Shown: positions 16,284 to 25,991 of the stretch, in pieces
Layout of the letters: each line of letters starts with the position of its first letter
How positions within the stretch are numbered: the stretch's first letter is position 1
From: a virus
Taxonomy: Duplodnaviria > Caudoviricetes
Direction: 5' to 3' (one strand)
IMG/VR virus record: IMGVR_UViG_3300032212_000439
Span: 1 to 31,636 of that record
Length of the DNA stretch: 31,636 bases
Notes under the pieces: model-generated
Told to the model about the DNA's origin: nothing
Seen by the model: the letters and a program-made list of their open reading frames with translations, nothing else
Database searches by the model: none
Made by a program: the position numbers and the translations under genes

Positions 16284-17204
16284 ATGGCCGACGAGATTTA
16301 CTACAGCGGACTTGGCGACCTGATGACCTCGGAGGTGCTCTCGGGCATCTGGCTCGAGCTCCTCGCTGACCGCAACGCCCTCCCCTCGCACCCCGCGCTG
16401 ATCAAGCTGCGCGACGCCAACGGCCTCGGGTCCACGACTCAGAAGATCCCGCACGTCGGCCTCTTCGGGTACGACAAGTTGGCGTCCACGGCTGAGAACG
16501 CCAGCATCGCAAACACCGCCTTCACCGACGCCAGCACCACCGTTGCGGTGGCCCGGTACGGCAAGGCCTACGAGTCGAGCGACCTCGCCCGCCTCACCGA
16601 CGCCGCTGGCCTCCTCCAGCCGGGAACGATGGCGCTCGACGCCTTCGCTTCCTACCAGGCGACCCTGCGCGACGTGATCGCGAACCTGGTCGATGACTTC
16701 TCGCAGACCGTGGGCACCACCACCGTCGATGCGACCGTCGTCAACTTCCTCGACGCCATCACGACCCTTGAGGTCGGGAACGTCGGCGGGCCGTACCTCT
16801 GCATCCTCCACCCGCAGCAGTGGGCCGACATTCGCAAGGATGCCGCCACCTCCTCGGGCGGCGCGATCCAGTGGAACGCCGGCTCCCAGGCCCTGCTCAA
16901 CGTCATGAAGGGCGCTGGCGGGTACAAGGGGAACTACCTCGGCGTGGACGTGTTCTGCACCACCGACGTTCCCACGGCGAACGCCGGGGCCGACCGGGCG
17001 GGCGGCATGTTCGGACGCGGCGCCATCGCGTGGGCCGAGGCCCGCTTCCCGGCGACCATGGCCGACCAGATGAACATCGGGCCCCTGCTGTTCGAGCAGG
17101 AGCGCAACGCCCTCGCGGGCCGCACCGCGTTCGTGACCAACGGAGGCCTCGGCGCTTCCGAGGGCATCGACGCGGCGGGTGTGTCGATCATCACCGACGC
17201 GTAA
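16284..17204 (+). CDS. major capsid protein
   Basis: 306 aa, strong codon bias; ILHPQQWADIRKD and GNYLGVDVF are HK97-fold capsid patterns; follows the scaffold. Confidence 0.85.
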   Translation: MADEIYYSGLGDLMTSEVLSGIWLELLADRNALPSHPALIKLRDANGLGSTTQKIPHVGLFGYDKLASTAENASIANTAFTDASTTVAVARYGKAYESSDLARLTDAAGLLQPGTMALDAFASYQATLRDVIANLVDDFSQTVGTTTVDATVVNFLDAITTLEVGNVGGPYLCILHPQQWADIRKDAATSSGGAIQWNAGSQALLNVMKGAGGYKGNYLGVDVFCTTDVPTANAGADRAGGMFGRGAIAWAEARFPATMADQMNIGPLLFEQERNALAGRTAFVTNGGLGASEGIDAAGVSIITDA

Positions 17205-17229
17205 GCGCCGGTAGAGAACAGGAGAACCA

Positions 17230-17961
17230 GTGGCCTCATCGCCTTTCGCGCAAGACTCCTCCCCTTCGTCCCTCCGTGGCGGTGGTGGGGCTGCTGGTTC
17301 CTCCTACACCCCAAGCGTGGCTCAGGGCCGGTCTGGCCCTCGCCCGCCGACCATGTCCCCTCGGAACCCCTTCCTCTACAAGACGAAGTCGGACCGGTGG
17401 CAGGTCATCAGCGGCAAGTTGCTGCCCCTGCCGGGGAAGATGCTGCTTCAGCCCGGGATCAACGCGGTGGAACTCGCCTCGGACGGCAAGTCTGCCGACG
17501 ACACGCAGGCGCGCATCATCGCGGAGCGCAAGGGCTGGCGCATCGTCCCGGTGGACTGTATCCCGCAGTCGCACAAGGACGAACTCGGCGCCGATACCTA
17601 CCTCTGGACCCCCGAGGGGCGCCCGGACGTGGTCCTCGGGCTCTACGAGAAGGCCTTCTCTGGCACTGCGACGACGCAGGCAGATACGGCCCGCTGGGTG
17701 GAGTTCCTCGAGTTCCTCGTGGCCGAGGGGCACGCCGACAACTGCCCGGACTACGTCATCACGCGGATGATTGATGACCGGGAGACGAGCATCGCCGGTC
17801 ACATCGACAAGGTGGACGCGCAGCCCTCGGTTGCCGCCCACGTGAAGCGGAAGACCGCGGAGATCGAAGTCCTCCAGGCGGAACTGGCCAAGCGCGAGAG
17901 CGCCGGCAAGCGCAAGCCTGCGAAGGGCAAGGGCTTTCGGCCCACGAAGGGTGAAGCCTGA
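17230..17961 (+). CDS. hypothetical virion-associated protein
   Basis: AGGAG RBS with GTG start; 243 aa directly after the capsid gene. Confidence 0.7.
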   Translation: MASSPFAQDSSPSSLRGGGGAAGSSYTPSVAQGRSGPRPPTMSPRNPFLYKTKSDRWQVISGKLLPLPGKMLLQPGINAVELASDGKSADDTQARIIAERKGWRIVPVDCIPQSHKDELGADTYLWTPEGRPDVVLGLYEKAFSGTATTQADTARWVEFLEFLVAEGHADNCPDYVITRMIDDRETSIAGHIDKVDAQPSVAAHVKRKTAEIEVLQAELAKRESAGKRKPAKGKGFRPTKGEA

Positions 17962-18128
17962 TGTCTGACCTCGACCTGGTTCGCAAGCGGACCGTGGACC
18001 GTCTCCGCACCGCGGGGTTCGACAAGAGCCGCGCAACGAAGATGGCTGAGTCCTCTGTAGCCCGCGCATCTGAGCGCAACGAACAGCGCGACCGGGGCGA
18101 GCTCCGCAAGCGGAAGGATCGACGCTGA
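17961..18128 (+). CDS. small basic protein, 55 aa (absent from ORF track)
   Basis: TGATG coupling at both ends; MSDLDLVRKRTVDRLRTAGFDKSRATKMAESSVARASERNEQRDRGELRKRKDRR. Confidence 0.65.
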   Translation: MSDLDLVRKRTVDRLRTAGFDKSRATKMAESSVARASERNEQRDRGELRKRKDRR

Positions 18129-18361
18129 TGGACACGTTCGGAACGCGATGCGCGCAGCTGTGCGCCACGAAGGCCAGCGGGATCCCGAACATCGGGAAGC
18201 CGAAGGCGAGCACGAGCGGCAAGGCGCCAAACCGCGTCTACAAGGCGAAGTACCCCTCCGGGTTCGTCTTCGCCATCACCGAGGGCGGCTCTCAGAGCAC
18301 CCCCAAGATCATCGGTCGCCCCGGCGACCCGAAGCCCAAGGCGAAGGCCTCGAAGGAGTAG
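18128..18361 (+). CDS. small Lys-rich protein
   Basis: TGATG-coupled; 77 aa. Confidence 0.6.
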   Translation: MDTFGTRCAQLCATKASGIPNIGKPKASTSGKAPNRVYKAKYPSGFVFAITEGGSQSTPKIIGRPGDPKPKAKASKE

Positions 18362-18365
18362 CGAC

Positions 18366-19097
18366 GTGGCGCGGGTTCAGTACCAGGCACGGTTCGAAGC
18401 CCCCGCGTACATTGAGCGTGCGCGGGGCGCCTCTCTGCGCCTGCCGCTGTTCACCGCTGGTGCCCTCGCTGCCCCCTCGTCTGGGACCATCACCATCTAC
18501 AACGCGGCCAACGAGGTCGTGATCAACGCCGCCGCAGTGACCATCAGCGGGAGCATCGCCGGGTACGACGTTGACCCGTCGGACGTGACCGGGCAGGCCT
18601 TCGGGGCGTCTTGGCGCGTCGAGTGGTCGCTGGTGATGCCCGACACCGAGACGCACCTGTTCCGCCAGTCGGGCGCGCTTGTGCGGGCTCTGCTGTACCC
18701 GGTCATCACCGATGCGGACCTGCTGCGGCGTCACTCGGACTTGGACTCGCACCTCGAAAGCGGGACGAACAGCTTCGAGGACTACATCGAGGAGGCGTGG
18801 GTCGGGGTGCAGTCGCGACTGGTCGAGATGGGCCGGCGCCCGTACCTCATCATTAGCCCCGAGGCCCTGCGGAACGTCCACCTGTTCGAGACGCTCGAAG
18901 TCATCTGCACGGACTTCGCTGGCGACGGCGACCCGTCCAACAAGTGGACGATGTTGGCCGAGAAGTACCGGAGCGAGGCAGAGACCGCCTGGGCGCGGGT
19001 GAACTTCGAGTACGACGAGGACGACGACGGCGACTCCGACGGCGGAAAGCGCACCAGCGGCGTTACCTCCGTGTGGATGGGCTCGGTACGAGCATGA
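18366..19097 (+). CDS. putative head-tail adaptor/connector
   Basis: AAGGAG RBS; beta-rich N-domain plus helical C-domain; position between capsid and tail genes. Confidence 0.6.
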   Translation: MARVQYQARFEAPAYIERARGASLRLPLFTAGALAAPSSGTITIYNAANEVVINAAAVTISGSIAGYDVDPSDVTGQAFGASWRVEWSLVMPDTETHLFRQSGALVRALLYPVITDADLLRRHSDLDSHLESGTNSFEDYIEEAWVGVQSRLVEMGRRPYLIISPEALRNVHLFETLEVICTDFAGDGDPSNKWTMLAEKYRSEAETAWARVNFEYDEDDDGDSDGGKRTSGVTSVWMGSVRA

Positions 19098-19549
19098 GCA
19101 TCACGACCCCGTCAGCACTGCGGCAGGCGTTTGCTACGCGCATCGCGCTCCTCTCGGGCTGGGGGGAGGCCAAGGTGCCATATGACCAGTTCGGGACATC
19201 GGGCGTGCCCGACGGCGTCTCCATGCCGCGCGGCAAGGCCAAGCTCTTCGTGGTGGGGCTCGGCAGTTCCCTCGATGGCGGGGGCCGACAGAGTTGGGGC
19301 GAGGGCGTCGAGTACAAGACCGAGGTGGGCGTCAAGTTCCTGCGGTCCCTCCCTGCGAAGAACAAGTTGGCAGGCGTGGACGCCGCCCACGATGACGAGG
19401 TCGAACTTCAGGGCCAGCTGCTCGAGTTGGCCTGGCCTGGCGCCGCCTTCGGCGTGCGGTGGCTCTCCACGTCCCGAAACACCCTCACCGGAGGCGACCA
19501 CGTGCTGATTGAGCACCGGTATGCCACCGATCACCTCGTGAACAACTAG
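19094..19549 (+). CDS. putative tail terminator protein
   Basis: ATGA-coupled start at 19094; 151 aa directly upstream of the tail tube gene. Confidence 0.55.
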   Translation: MSITTPSALRQAFATRIALLSGWGEAKVPYDQFGTSGVPDGVSMPRGKAKLFVVGLGSSLDGGGRQSWGEGVEYKTEVGVKFLRSLPAKNKLAGVDAAHDDEVELQGQLLELAWPGAAFGVRWLSTSRNTLTGGDHVLIEHRYATDHLVNN

Positions 19550-19560
19550 GAGCCCACCAC

Positions 19561-20073
19561 ATGGCCCTTCTCAACCGCGCCGTTTCTCGCCGCCACATCA
19601 CGTGGACCCTCAAGGACGCCACCGGTACGCCCATCGTTGCCACGGCTCAGTTTGAGGTCGGTGATCTCAGCGTGACCGGGTTCACCGAGGGCAACGCGCC
19701 TCTGACGCCCGTGCATGACCGAGGGGTCATCTACGACGGGATTCGCGCTGACGACGAACTCTCCTCAATCTCGGGGTCCGTGCATGCGAACCAGATCACC
19801 GACTCCACGGAGAAGCTGATTGTGGATGCGCTGTGCAAGACGGGGGCCTTCTCCTCGGGCGTGTCCACGCGCGGTGCCAACGCCGAGTGGTTCGTGGAGT
19901 GTGAGATCACCATCGAGCGCACCGACGCCGGTCACAGCACGGACGAGACGTTCACGGCTGGTTACTGCCGCGGTACCTGCGGCTGGTCGGAGGCCGACCC
20001 TGCGGTCTGGCAGTTCACCATTGAGGCCTGGCCCTTCGACGGCGCCGCGGCGATCACGCGCGCGGGGGCCTGA
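19561..20073 (+). CDS. putative tail tube protein
   Basis: 170 aa, Thr/Gly-rich beta pattern, AGGAG RBS, directly before the chaperone with a slippery site. Confidence 0.7.
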   Translation: MALLNRAVSRRHITWTLKDATGTPIVATAQFEVGDLSVTGFTEGNAPLTPVHDRGVIYDGIRADDELSSISGSVHANQITDSTEKLIVDALCKTGAFSSGVSTRGANAEWFVECEITIERTDAGHSTDETFTAGYCRGTCGWSEADPAVWQFTIEAWPFDGAAAITRAGA

Positions 20074-20465
20074 TGTCCGAGTTCCCGCAGACGGTCGAGA
20101 TCCTCGGCGCGCAGCACGTCACGGAGAAGCCCTCGTTCGCGATGCGGGAGGCGCTCATCATGGCGTGGGGCAAGTACCAGTCAGACCGCGACGATCTGCA
20201 CTTCCTGTGGGTCTACTCGGCGGTCATCGGGGAGTGCTCTGCGCTCAGCGGCCTGGCGCGAACCTCGTTCTTCGACAACGACGCCAACCTGCTCAAGTAC
20301 GGGGCGGCGATGTACTCGTGGCTCTCGGAGCAGGGGGCGACGAAGTCGGACATCGCGCAGGCGGCGCTCTCCCTCCTCGGGCCGATGGCCAAGGAGCTCT
20401 TTCCTCGCGAGTCGGAGGTGTCCGCTGTCGCGGGTTTTTCCAGCGCGCAGGAACCGCAGACCTGA
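20073..20465 (+). CDS. tail assembly chaperone (gpG-like)
   Basis: Follows the tail tube gene; ends shortly after an in-frame G GGT TTT heptamer. Confidence 0.75.
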   Translation: MSEFPQTVEILGAQHVTEKPSFAMREALIMAWGKYQSDRDDLHFLWVYSAVIGECSALSGLARTSFFDNDANLLKYGAAMYSWLSEQGATKSDIAQAALSLLGPMAKELFPRESEVSAVAGFSSAQEPQT

Positions 20466-20587
20466 TCGCAATGCGCCTCTCGCTCAAGTACGGGGGCGGG
20501 AACCTGCGCTGGTTCTATGAGCAGACGAGGGAAGACCAGGTTCGCCTGCTGGCCTTCGAGCGTGTGGCGTTGGAGGCGAATGCGTGA
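20432..20587 (+). other. -1 programmed frameshift site and gpT-like extension
   Basis: G GGT TTT at 20432-20438; -1 frame is open to TGA 20587 (FQRAGTADLIAMRLSLKYGGGNLRWFYEQ...). Confidence 0.8.
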
Positions 20588-21141
20588 GCCAGACATTCCG
20601 AGCAGGCAGCGTCGAAGTCACTCTCTCGGGTGAACTCGAGGACTTCGTGCGCCGCGTGGTCGAGCGCACGGAGACGGCTGCACTGCGCTCTACGCGCGCC
20701 ATCGCAACGGAGGTAGCCCGGGAGGCTCGCCGGAAGTGGTACGGGCCCGAAGGGGTGAACCGCGTCACGGGGAAGAGCGGGGATATCCAGGTCCACGAGA
20801 CGATCGACGTGACCAAGGGGACTGTGACTGTCTCCGTGGGCTCGACGGACAAGCGGCGCAGCGGGCGGAAGCTCGTCCCTGAGTACGTGCATCGTCCTGG
20901 CCGCACTTCGACCGTCAAGAAGCGCGTGAGCCACGACGAATACTGGCGCACCCCTGACTCGCTCAAGGCGAACTACCACCGGCAGAAGGGCGACAAGACG
21001 CCAGGGCCGTTCATCTTCGTCAGCAACCCGGGTGCCAGCGACGGCAAGAAGTTGCTCCCGCTCTTCGTCAAGCGCCCGGTCAAGAAGCAGGTGAACAAGG
21101 CAGCGCGGGACATTGCGCGGGGGGTGGCCGATGGCGAATGA
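20584..21141 (+). CDS. basic tail-completion-like protein (HK97 gp10-like, tentative)
   Basis: Basic helical N-terminus followed by RVTGKSG, plus C-terminal PLFVKRPV; GTGA coupling. Confidence 0.5.
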   Translation: MSQTFRAGSVEVTLSGELEDFVRRVVERTETAALRSTRAIATEVAREARRKWYGPEGVNRVTGKSGDIQVHETIDVTKGTVTVSVGSTDKRRSGRKLVPEYVHRPGRTSTVKKRVSHDEYWRTPDSLKANYHRQKGDKTPGPFIFVSNPGASDGKKLLPLFVKRPVKKQVNKAARDIARGVADGE

Positions 21142-22747
21142 AGTCGTTGGAATCGACATCGTCGCGAGGCTCGACCGGTTCCGTAAGGAGATGGCCGAGA
21201 TCCCAGACATCGGGGCCAAGGAAGCGCGTGCGCTTACGGGTCAGCTGAGCCGGGAGATCAAGAAGGCCGAGCGCGCCGCGACGCAGGCGAACAAGCGGCA
21301 GCGGGACTCCTTCAAGGAGCTTCGCAAGACGCTGATCGACACTCAGCTGTCGCTTGAGTTGTTAAAGAAGGGGTACGACCTCCTCAAGAAGGGGATTGGC
21401 GCCACGGTGGACCGTGCGCGCGAGCTCGACAAAGCGCTTGGCGGTGAGCTGAACCCCGCCATTGACGAGGCGGCTACTGCTGGCCGGCGCCTTCTGGACC
21501 AGTTCGTCGAGCCGATGATCCCGGGGATGACCGACCTGGTCGACCTGACTCGGGACTACTTCTCAAGCTTGAGCGACGTGGGCCTCGTGCGGGAGTTCGG
21601 GGAGGCCCTGGGCGACGTGATGGGTGGCGCCTCCTTGGCGGCGCGCGAACTCTTCGGGCTTAACGAGGAGACGAAGCAGCTGATCAAGCTGCGGAACGAG
21701 GAGAACGGCGCGATCGAGCGCCAGGCAGAGCGCGTGATGGCTCTGCGTAAGGAGATCGAAGACGCGCAGCTAGGCGATGCCTTCGCGGGTATGGGTGACG
21801 TAGGCAAGGCGAACGTCGAAAGCCTCAACCAAGAGCTCCAGACCCAGATCGAGGTGCTTCGCACGCTTCGCGGCGAGGTGAACAAGGACCGGGGCGCCCG
21901 CGCTGCCGCATCAGCCCCGCGCCGCGCGAAGGAGTCCGAGGAGGCCGCGGTTCGCGAAGTGGCCGCGGAGAAGAGCGCCGCCGCTGGCATCGTCGCTGCC
22001 CGCGCCGAGGCGCGCCGGGCCTACGTGGACGCCGCCAACGAGCGACAGCGGCTCGCGGACCAGGAGATCGAGGAGGCCGCACGGGTCGCGGCGGCGCACA
22101 AGAAGGCGCTCGATGAAGTGACCCAGGCCCGGATGGAGGCGGCGGCAGAGCAGCGCGAGATCCAAACGTCCATCGCAACCACTGCGATCCAGACAGCTGC
22201 GTCCGTCGCGGACTCCATCATCGACGGCCTGAAGCACCTGGCGATGGCCAACGTCAAGGAGGCGCGAGAGCGCCGAGACGTAGAGCTCGGGCTGGCCATT
22301 CTCCGCGGGGAGCTCCAGGCGGCTGCGGCGTTTGGCACGACCCTGGCCACATACGGCGGGACCCCGGCTGGCTTTGCGCTGGCTGCGGCTGCTGCGGCTG
22401 CTGTCGGGATCTCGAGCAAGGCTGCGGCTGCTGCGGCGCACTCGCAGAGCGCCGAGAAGTTCCACAGCGGTGGCGTCTTCCGCGCGAACAACGAAGGCCC
22501 CGCGACTCTCCGAGACGGGGAGGGCGTGCTGACGCCTCCCGCGGTTCGTCGTCTCGGCGGCGCTCGGGCGCTGGACGCCATGAACGCATCGGCTGACGGC
22601 GGCGGTGATGGCGGCATGGCCTTGATCATCGACGGACGCGCCTACGACGCCACGGTGCGGAGTGCGCTCGGGCGCCGGGGCTCCCCGCTCACCAAGAGCC
22701 TGAGTTCGCTACGGGCCAAGCCCGGGAGTCATCGCCCCCATGGCTGA
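21131..22747 (+). CDS. tape measure protein
   Basis: 538 aa, Ala-rich and helical; C-terminal KFHSGG...EGPATLRDGEGVLT motif typical of tape measure proteins. Confidence 0.85.
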   Translation: MANEVVGIDIVARLDRFRKEMAEIPDIGAKEARALTGQLSREIKKAERAATQANKRQRDSFKELRKTLIDTQLSLELLKKGYDLLKKGIGATVDRARELDKALGGELNPAIDEAATAGRRLLDQFVEPMIPGMTDLVDLTRDYFSSLSDVGLVREFGEALGDVMGGASLAARELFGLNEETKQLIKLRNEENGAIERQAERVMALRKEIEDAQLGDAFAGMGDVGKANVESLNQELQTQIEVLRTLRGEVNKDRGARAAASAPRRAKESEEAAVREVAAEKSAAAGIVAARAEARRAYVDAANERQRLADQEIEEAARVAAAHKKALDEVTQARMEAAAEQREIQTSIATTAIQTAASVADSIIDGLKHLAMANVKEARERRDVELGLAILRGELQAAAAFGTTLATYGGTPAGFALAAAAAAAVGISSKAAAAAAHSQSAEKFHSGGVFRANNEGPATLRDGEGVLTPPAVRRLGGARALDAMNASADGGGDGGMALIIDGRAYDATVRSALGRRGSPLTKSLSSLRAKPGSHRPHG

Positions 22748-25700
22748 GAAGAGCATCACCCGGTATCAGGGCATCCTGCTGCCTGACTTCACGTTCGACC
22801 AACTGGCCGCTACCGGCGCGGGCGCGACGGACTCCAAGTACACGCAGGCTGGCGCACGTCCTGGCGTGCCTGACCCGTCCCGCGATGACGGGCTGACCCT
22901 CGTTGCCTCTGGCGAGCAGGAGGAGAACGGCGAAGTCGAGGTCTACATTAAGCGGTCTGGCGCGACTGGCGCCGAAGAGGCGGGCTTCCTGTGGCGTGAC
23001 GTGGCGGGCGGTGACTCGACTTCGCAGTGGAAGGGGTGGGACCCGTACCAGGTCATCACCGGGTGGGAGTCCATCAACGCCGAGACGACATCAAGCCCGA
23101 CGACCATCGCCTTCTACTGCCAGGGGATCCAGACCCAGGCCGGCACCGCGCTGTTCCTCGAGACGCAGTCCACGGCTACGAAGACGGTGCGCCTGCAGGA
23201 GTTCGACCCCATCGACGGGACGTGGACCGCCATCAACGGACCGACCCTCGAGTACGAAACCTCGGGCGGGTGCCTACTGCAGCTGCCCTCCGGGCGGATC
23301 TTGCTGTTCCTCGAGGCACAGAGTCAGCGTCAGATCGACGTGTACTCGTCCTCCGACGAGGGCGCCACCTGGGCCGAGTACAGCCTGGCCGCGCTGCGCG
23401 TGGACCTGGGCAACAACAACGACAAGCAGATCATTCGGGCGGCGTACTCGGGCGGCGATGTCTCGCTGATCGTCGCGGACCCGTCTGTGGCCGACAAGTG
23501 GTGGCAGTACGCCAGCGACGACGAGGGCTTGCGCTTCTCGCTCGTGGATGAGGATTGGGGGGTGTCTGGCTCGACCCCCTACGGTTTCGACCTGGTCGGC
23601 CTGCCGGACGGCGGCGGCTTCGTGATGTCGTACTTCGATGACGACGGCGTGGGCCCGTACTTCTTCAAGACGCGCAAGATCACGTCGGCGTGGGACGAGT
23701 ACACCGGGGCAACTCCGGTCAACATGGTGTCTGTGTCTGGCGTTGGCTGGACGACGCGCCCGACGGAGCCCTGCACGTCTCTATGGCTGGACGAGGATGG
23801 GTACCTCTTCTGTGCCTACGTGGAGCAGGACAGCGTCCGGTCCGTGGTCCTCGTGCGCTCTGACGACGAGGCGGCCTCCTGGGAGGCCCTCGGGCACGCA
23901 CCCATCGAGCACGCCAACGACGCCATTCCCAAGCGGTTCACCGCGGTGCCCATTGCGGGCCGGCTGGCCTTCCTGACGCGCTGGGAGACGCTCGGGAGCA
24001 CCTACGACCCCTACTCCGCCGCGGTGGTGTGGATGGGCGGCTACGGCACGCACACGGTGCCCGCCGCCTCGGACGTGAGTGCATTCGAGTCCGAGTGGGG
24101 AGCCTTCGGAGACGGCGCGCACATCACCTATCACTCCGGGGATCGCTCCTCGGACGGTGGGCAGTGGCTTCCGTTCACGCTGCCGAGTTCGCAGTGGACC
24201 GGGTCTGGCGCCGGGTCGATGGCGATGAACGCAGCCGGCGATGCCACCATCACGGACGCCTACACGTACTACGCGCAGATGGGCACCGCCGATGCCGCCG
24301 ACGGCTCGGACGCGGTTTTCGGGGAGTTCATTCTGAAGCCCGACGCCGGGACTGGGAAGATGGAGCTTCGGCTGATCGATGACCCGACGGCGGGAACGCC
24401 GGTCATGTACGACATTCGCATCTCGCTGACCAGCGCCGGCACCCTGGCGCTCTACGACATCAACGCAGGCGCGGGGGCTGGCACCGACGTAACCGGGCTG
24501 TCTGCCGGCTGGCTTCGGGTGCGAGTGGCCCTCGACGGGTCGGGCAACGTGCGGACCTGGTACGCCCGGGAGGAGCACATCACCGCGTGGACGGAGGGCC
24601 CACAAGCCACGGGGCTGACCTCGTCCTCATCGTCGGTGTCGAACCGCTGCACGTTCGGGACCGTCACGACCGGTGATGACGTGGACTTCAAGTTCGTGGG
24701 GTTCTGCTTCTGGGCGTACCGCTGGGCGCCGGAAGACCTGAACACGAAGATCGGGGAGGCGTGGAGCAACCCGGACAGCCTGCACCCACGCTCGGTTCCC
24801 GGGCGGGCCACTGTCGTCTTCGACGGCCTCAAGGTGCGTGGCACTGGTGGGCTTGCCCGAAAGGGCGACAAGTACACGATTGCCACCCGGTACGACTACG
24901 CCGCGTCGCTGGCTTTCCCCGACGTGGAGCCCTCGCCCGGTCGCGCCTGGCGCTCGTCTGCGGTCACAGAGCATCTGTTCGTGCAGGACCGGGAGTCCGT
25001 CATCTTCTCGATCAACGCCGACACTTCCTACATGGACAGCACGGCAATCGCCGCGTTCTGGCGCGGGGCGAACTTCAAGCAGTTCTACCTGGAGGGCTAC
25101 AACGGGAGCTCATGGGTCCAGTTGGGCGAGGGCGACGCATCCCACGGGCTGTCGTCGCTGGGCTTTGACCGGAGCGGCTCCCGGGTGCGCCCCTCGAGCG
25201 GCACGTCAACGGCGCCGTCGTACGTGTTCAACAACGTGCATGTGGGTGACACGTTCGACCTGGGTGCGGGTGAAGTCGCGGACCGGTACCGGAAGATCGG
25301 CCACAACGCCGAAGGCGCATGGACGGCGGGCACGGCGCGCACGCCGGTCATCACTCTCGACGGGTGCAACGGTAGCGAGGTCGGGTCTGGTACGGGCGCC
25401 ATCTGGTCCCGAGACTTCGGCGTCGTCGTCCACGACCACACCGCGACCTATGAGCGGTACCGGGTGCGGATCCCGGCGCAGTCCACAGCTGACGGCTACT
25501 TCACCGGAACCCTGGTCATGGGCCCCGTCTACCCCTTCGGGCATCAGCACGACCACGGGTGGACGGTGGCGAAGGAGCGCCCGTTCCGCGACACCGTCAT
25601 CCGCTCGGGTCGTCGTCGTCGCAAGGCGGTAGGCCCTCGTCGCCGCGTCCTCGACGTGGGCTGGACCTCGACCGTGATCAACGGAAAGCGGGCGTACCTG

Positions 25701-25991
25701 AACCAGACGACTGAGCTCGCGGACCACATTGTGGCCGGCGCCTCAGAACCGACCGCGTCGGTGCAAGACCTCGTCTCTCAGGTCGAGGGGCTGGTGGAAG
25801 CGGCAGGAGGCGAACCCATCATCTTCCTGCGGCGCGTCGTCTCGGGCAGCGCGTCCGAGAAGGTGGCCCGCCGCGAGGACTTCGTCTACGGGCGGATCAT
25901 GAGCGACACGCAGCGCGACAACGTGCGGGGCGACGAGAGCTCCACACCGTGGGACCGTCTGAACACCATCCGCATCGAGGAGGAGGTCTAG
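22740..25991 (+). CDS. large tail-tip protein with Asp-box (BNR) beta-propeller
   Basis: 1083 aa; SSDEGATW, SDDEGLRF and SDDEAASW Asp-boxes; directly after the tape measure gene. Confidence 0.75.
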   Translation: MAEKSITRYQGILLPDFTFDQLAATGAGATDSKYTQAGARPGVPDPSRDDGLTLVASGEQEENGEVEVYIKRSGATGAEEAGFLWRDVAGGDSTSQWKGWDPYQVITGWESINAETTSSPTTIAFYCQGIQTQAGTALFLETQSTATKTVRLQEFDPIDGTWTAINGPTLEYETSGGCLLQLPSGRILLFLEAQSQRQIDVYSSSDEGATWAEYSLAALRVDLGNNNDKQIIRAAYSGGDVSLIVADPSVADKWWQYASDDEGLRFSLVDEDWGVSGSTPYGFDLVGLPDGGGFVMSYFDDDGVGPYFFKTRKITSAWDEYTGATPVNMVSVSGVGWTTRPTEPCTSLWLDEDGYLFCAYVEQDSVRSVVLVRSDDEAASWEALGHAPIEHANDAIPKRFTAVPIAGRLAFLTRWETLGSTYDPYSAAVVWMGGYGTHTVPAASDVSAFESEWGAFGDGAHITYHSGDRSSDGGQWLPFTLPSSQWTGSGAGSMAMNAAGDATITDAYTYYAQMGTADAADGSDAVFGEFILKPDAGTGKMELRLIDDPTAGTPVMYDIRISLTSAGTLALYDINAGAGAGTDVTGLSAGWLRVRVALDGSGNVRTWYAREEHITAWTEGPQATGLTSSSSSVSNRCTFGTVTTGDDVDFKFVGFCFWAYRWAPEDLNTKIGEAWSNPDSLHPRSVPGRATVVFDGLKVRGTGGLARKGDKYTIATRYDYAASLAFPDVEPSPGRAWRSSAVTEHLFVQDRESVIFSINADTSYMDSTAIAAFWRGANFKQFYLEGYNGSSWVQLGEGDASHGLSSLGFDRSGSRVRPSSGTSTAPSYVFNNVHVGDTFDLGAGEVADRYRKIGHNAEGAWTAGTARTPVITLDGCNGSEVGSGTGAIWSRDFGVVVHDHTATYERYRVRIPAQSTADGYFTGTLVMGPVYPFGHQHDHGWTVAKERPFRDTVIRSGRRRRKAVGPRRRVLDVGWTSTVINGKRAYLNQTTELADHIVAGASEPTASVQDLVSQVEGLVEAAGGEPIIFLRRVVSGSASEKVARREDFVYGRIMSDTQRDNVRGDESSTPWDRLNTIRIEEEV

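Noticed and set aside
12456-18222. Long antisense or alternate-frame ORFs (e.g. 12739-13674, 16820-17770, 17236-18222)
   Set aside because: Shadow ORFs expected in GC-rich DNA; they overlap well-supported genes and lack RBS and motifs
19820-20431. 255-aa ORF 19820-20587 as an independent gene
   Set aside because: Only the part after the slippery site looks coding; it is the -1 frameshift extension
22370-22440. GCTGCG repeats in the tape measure gene
   Set aside because: They simply encode poly-Ala runs typical of tape measure proteins
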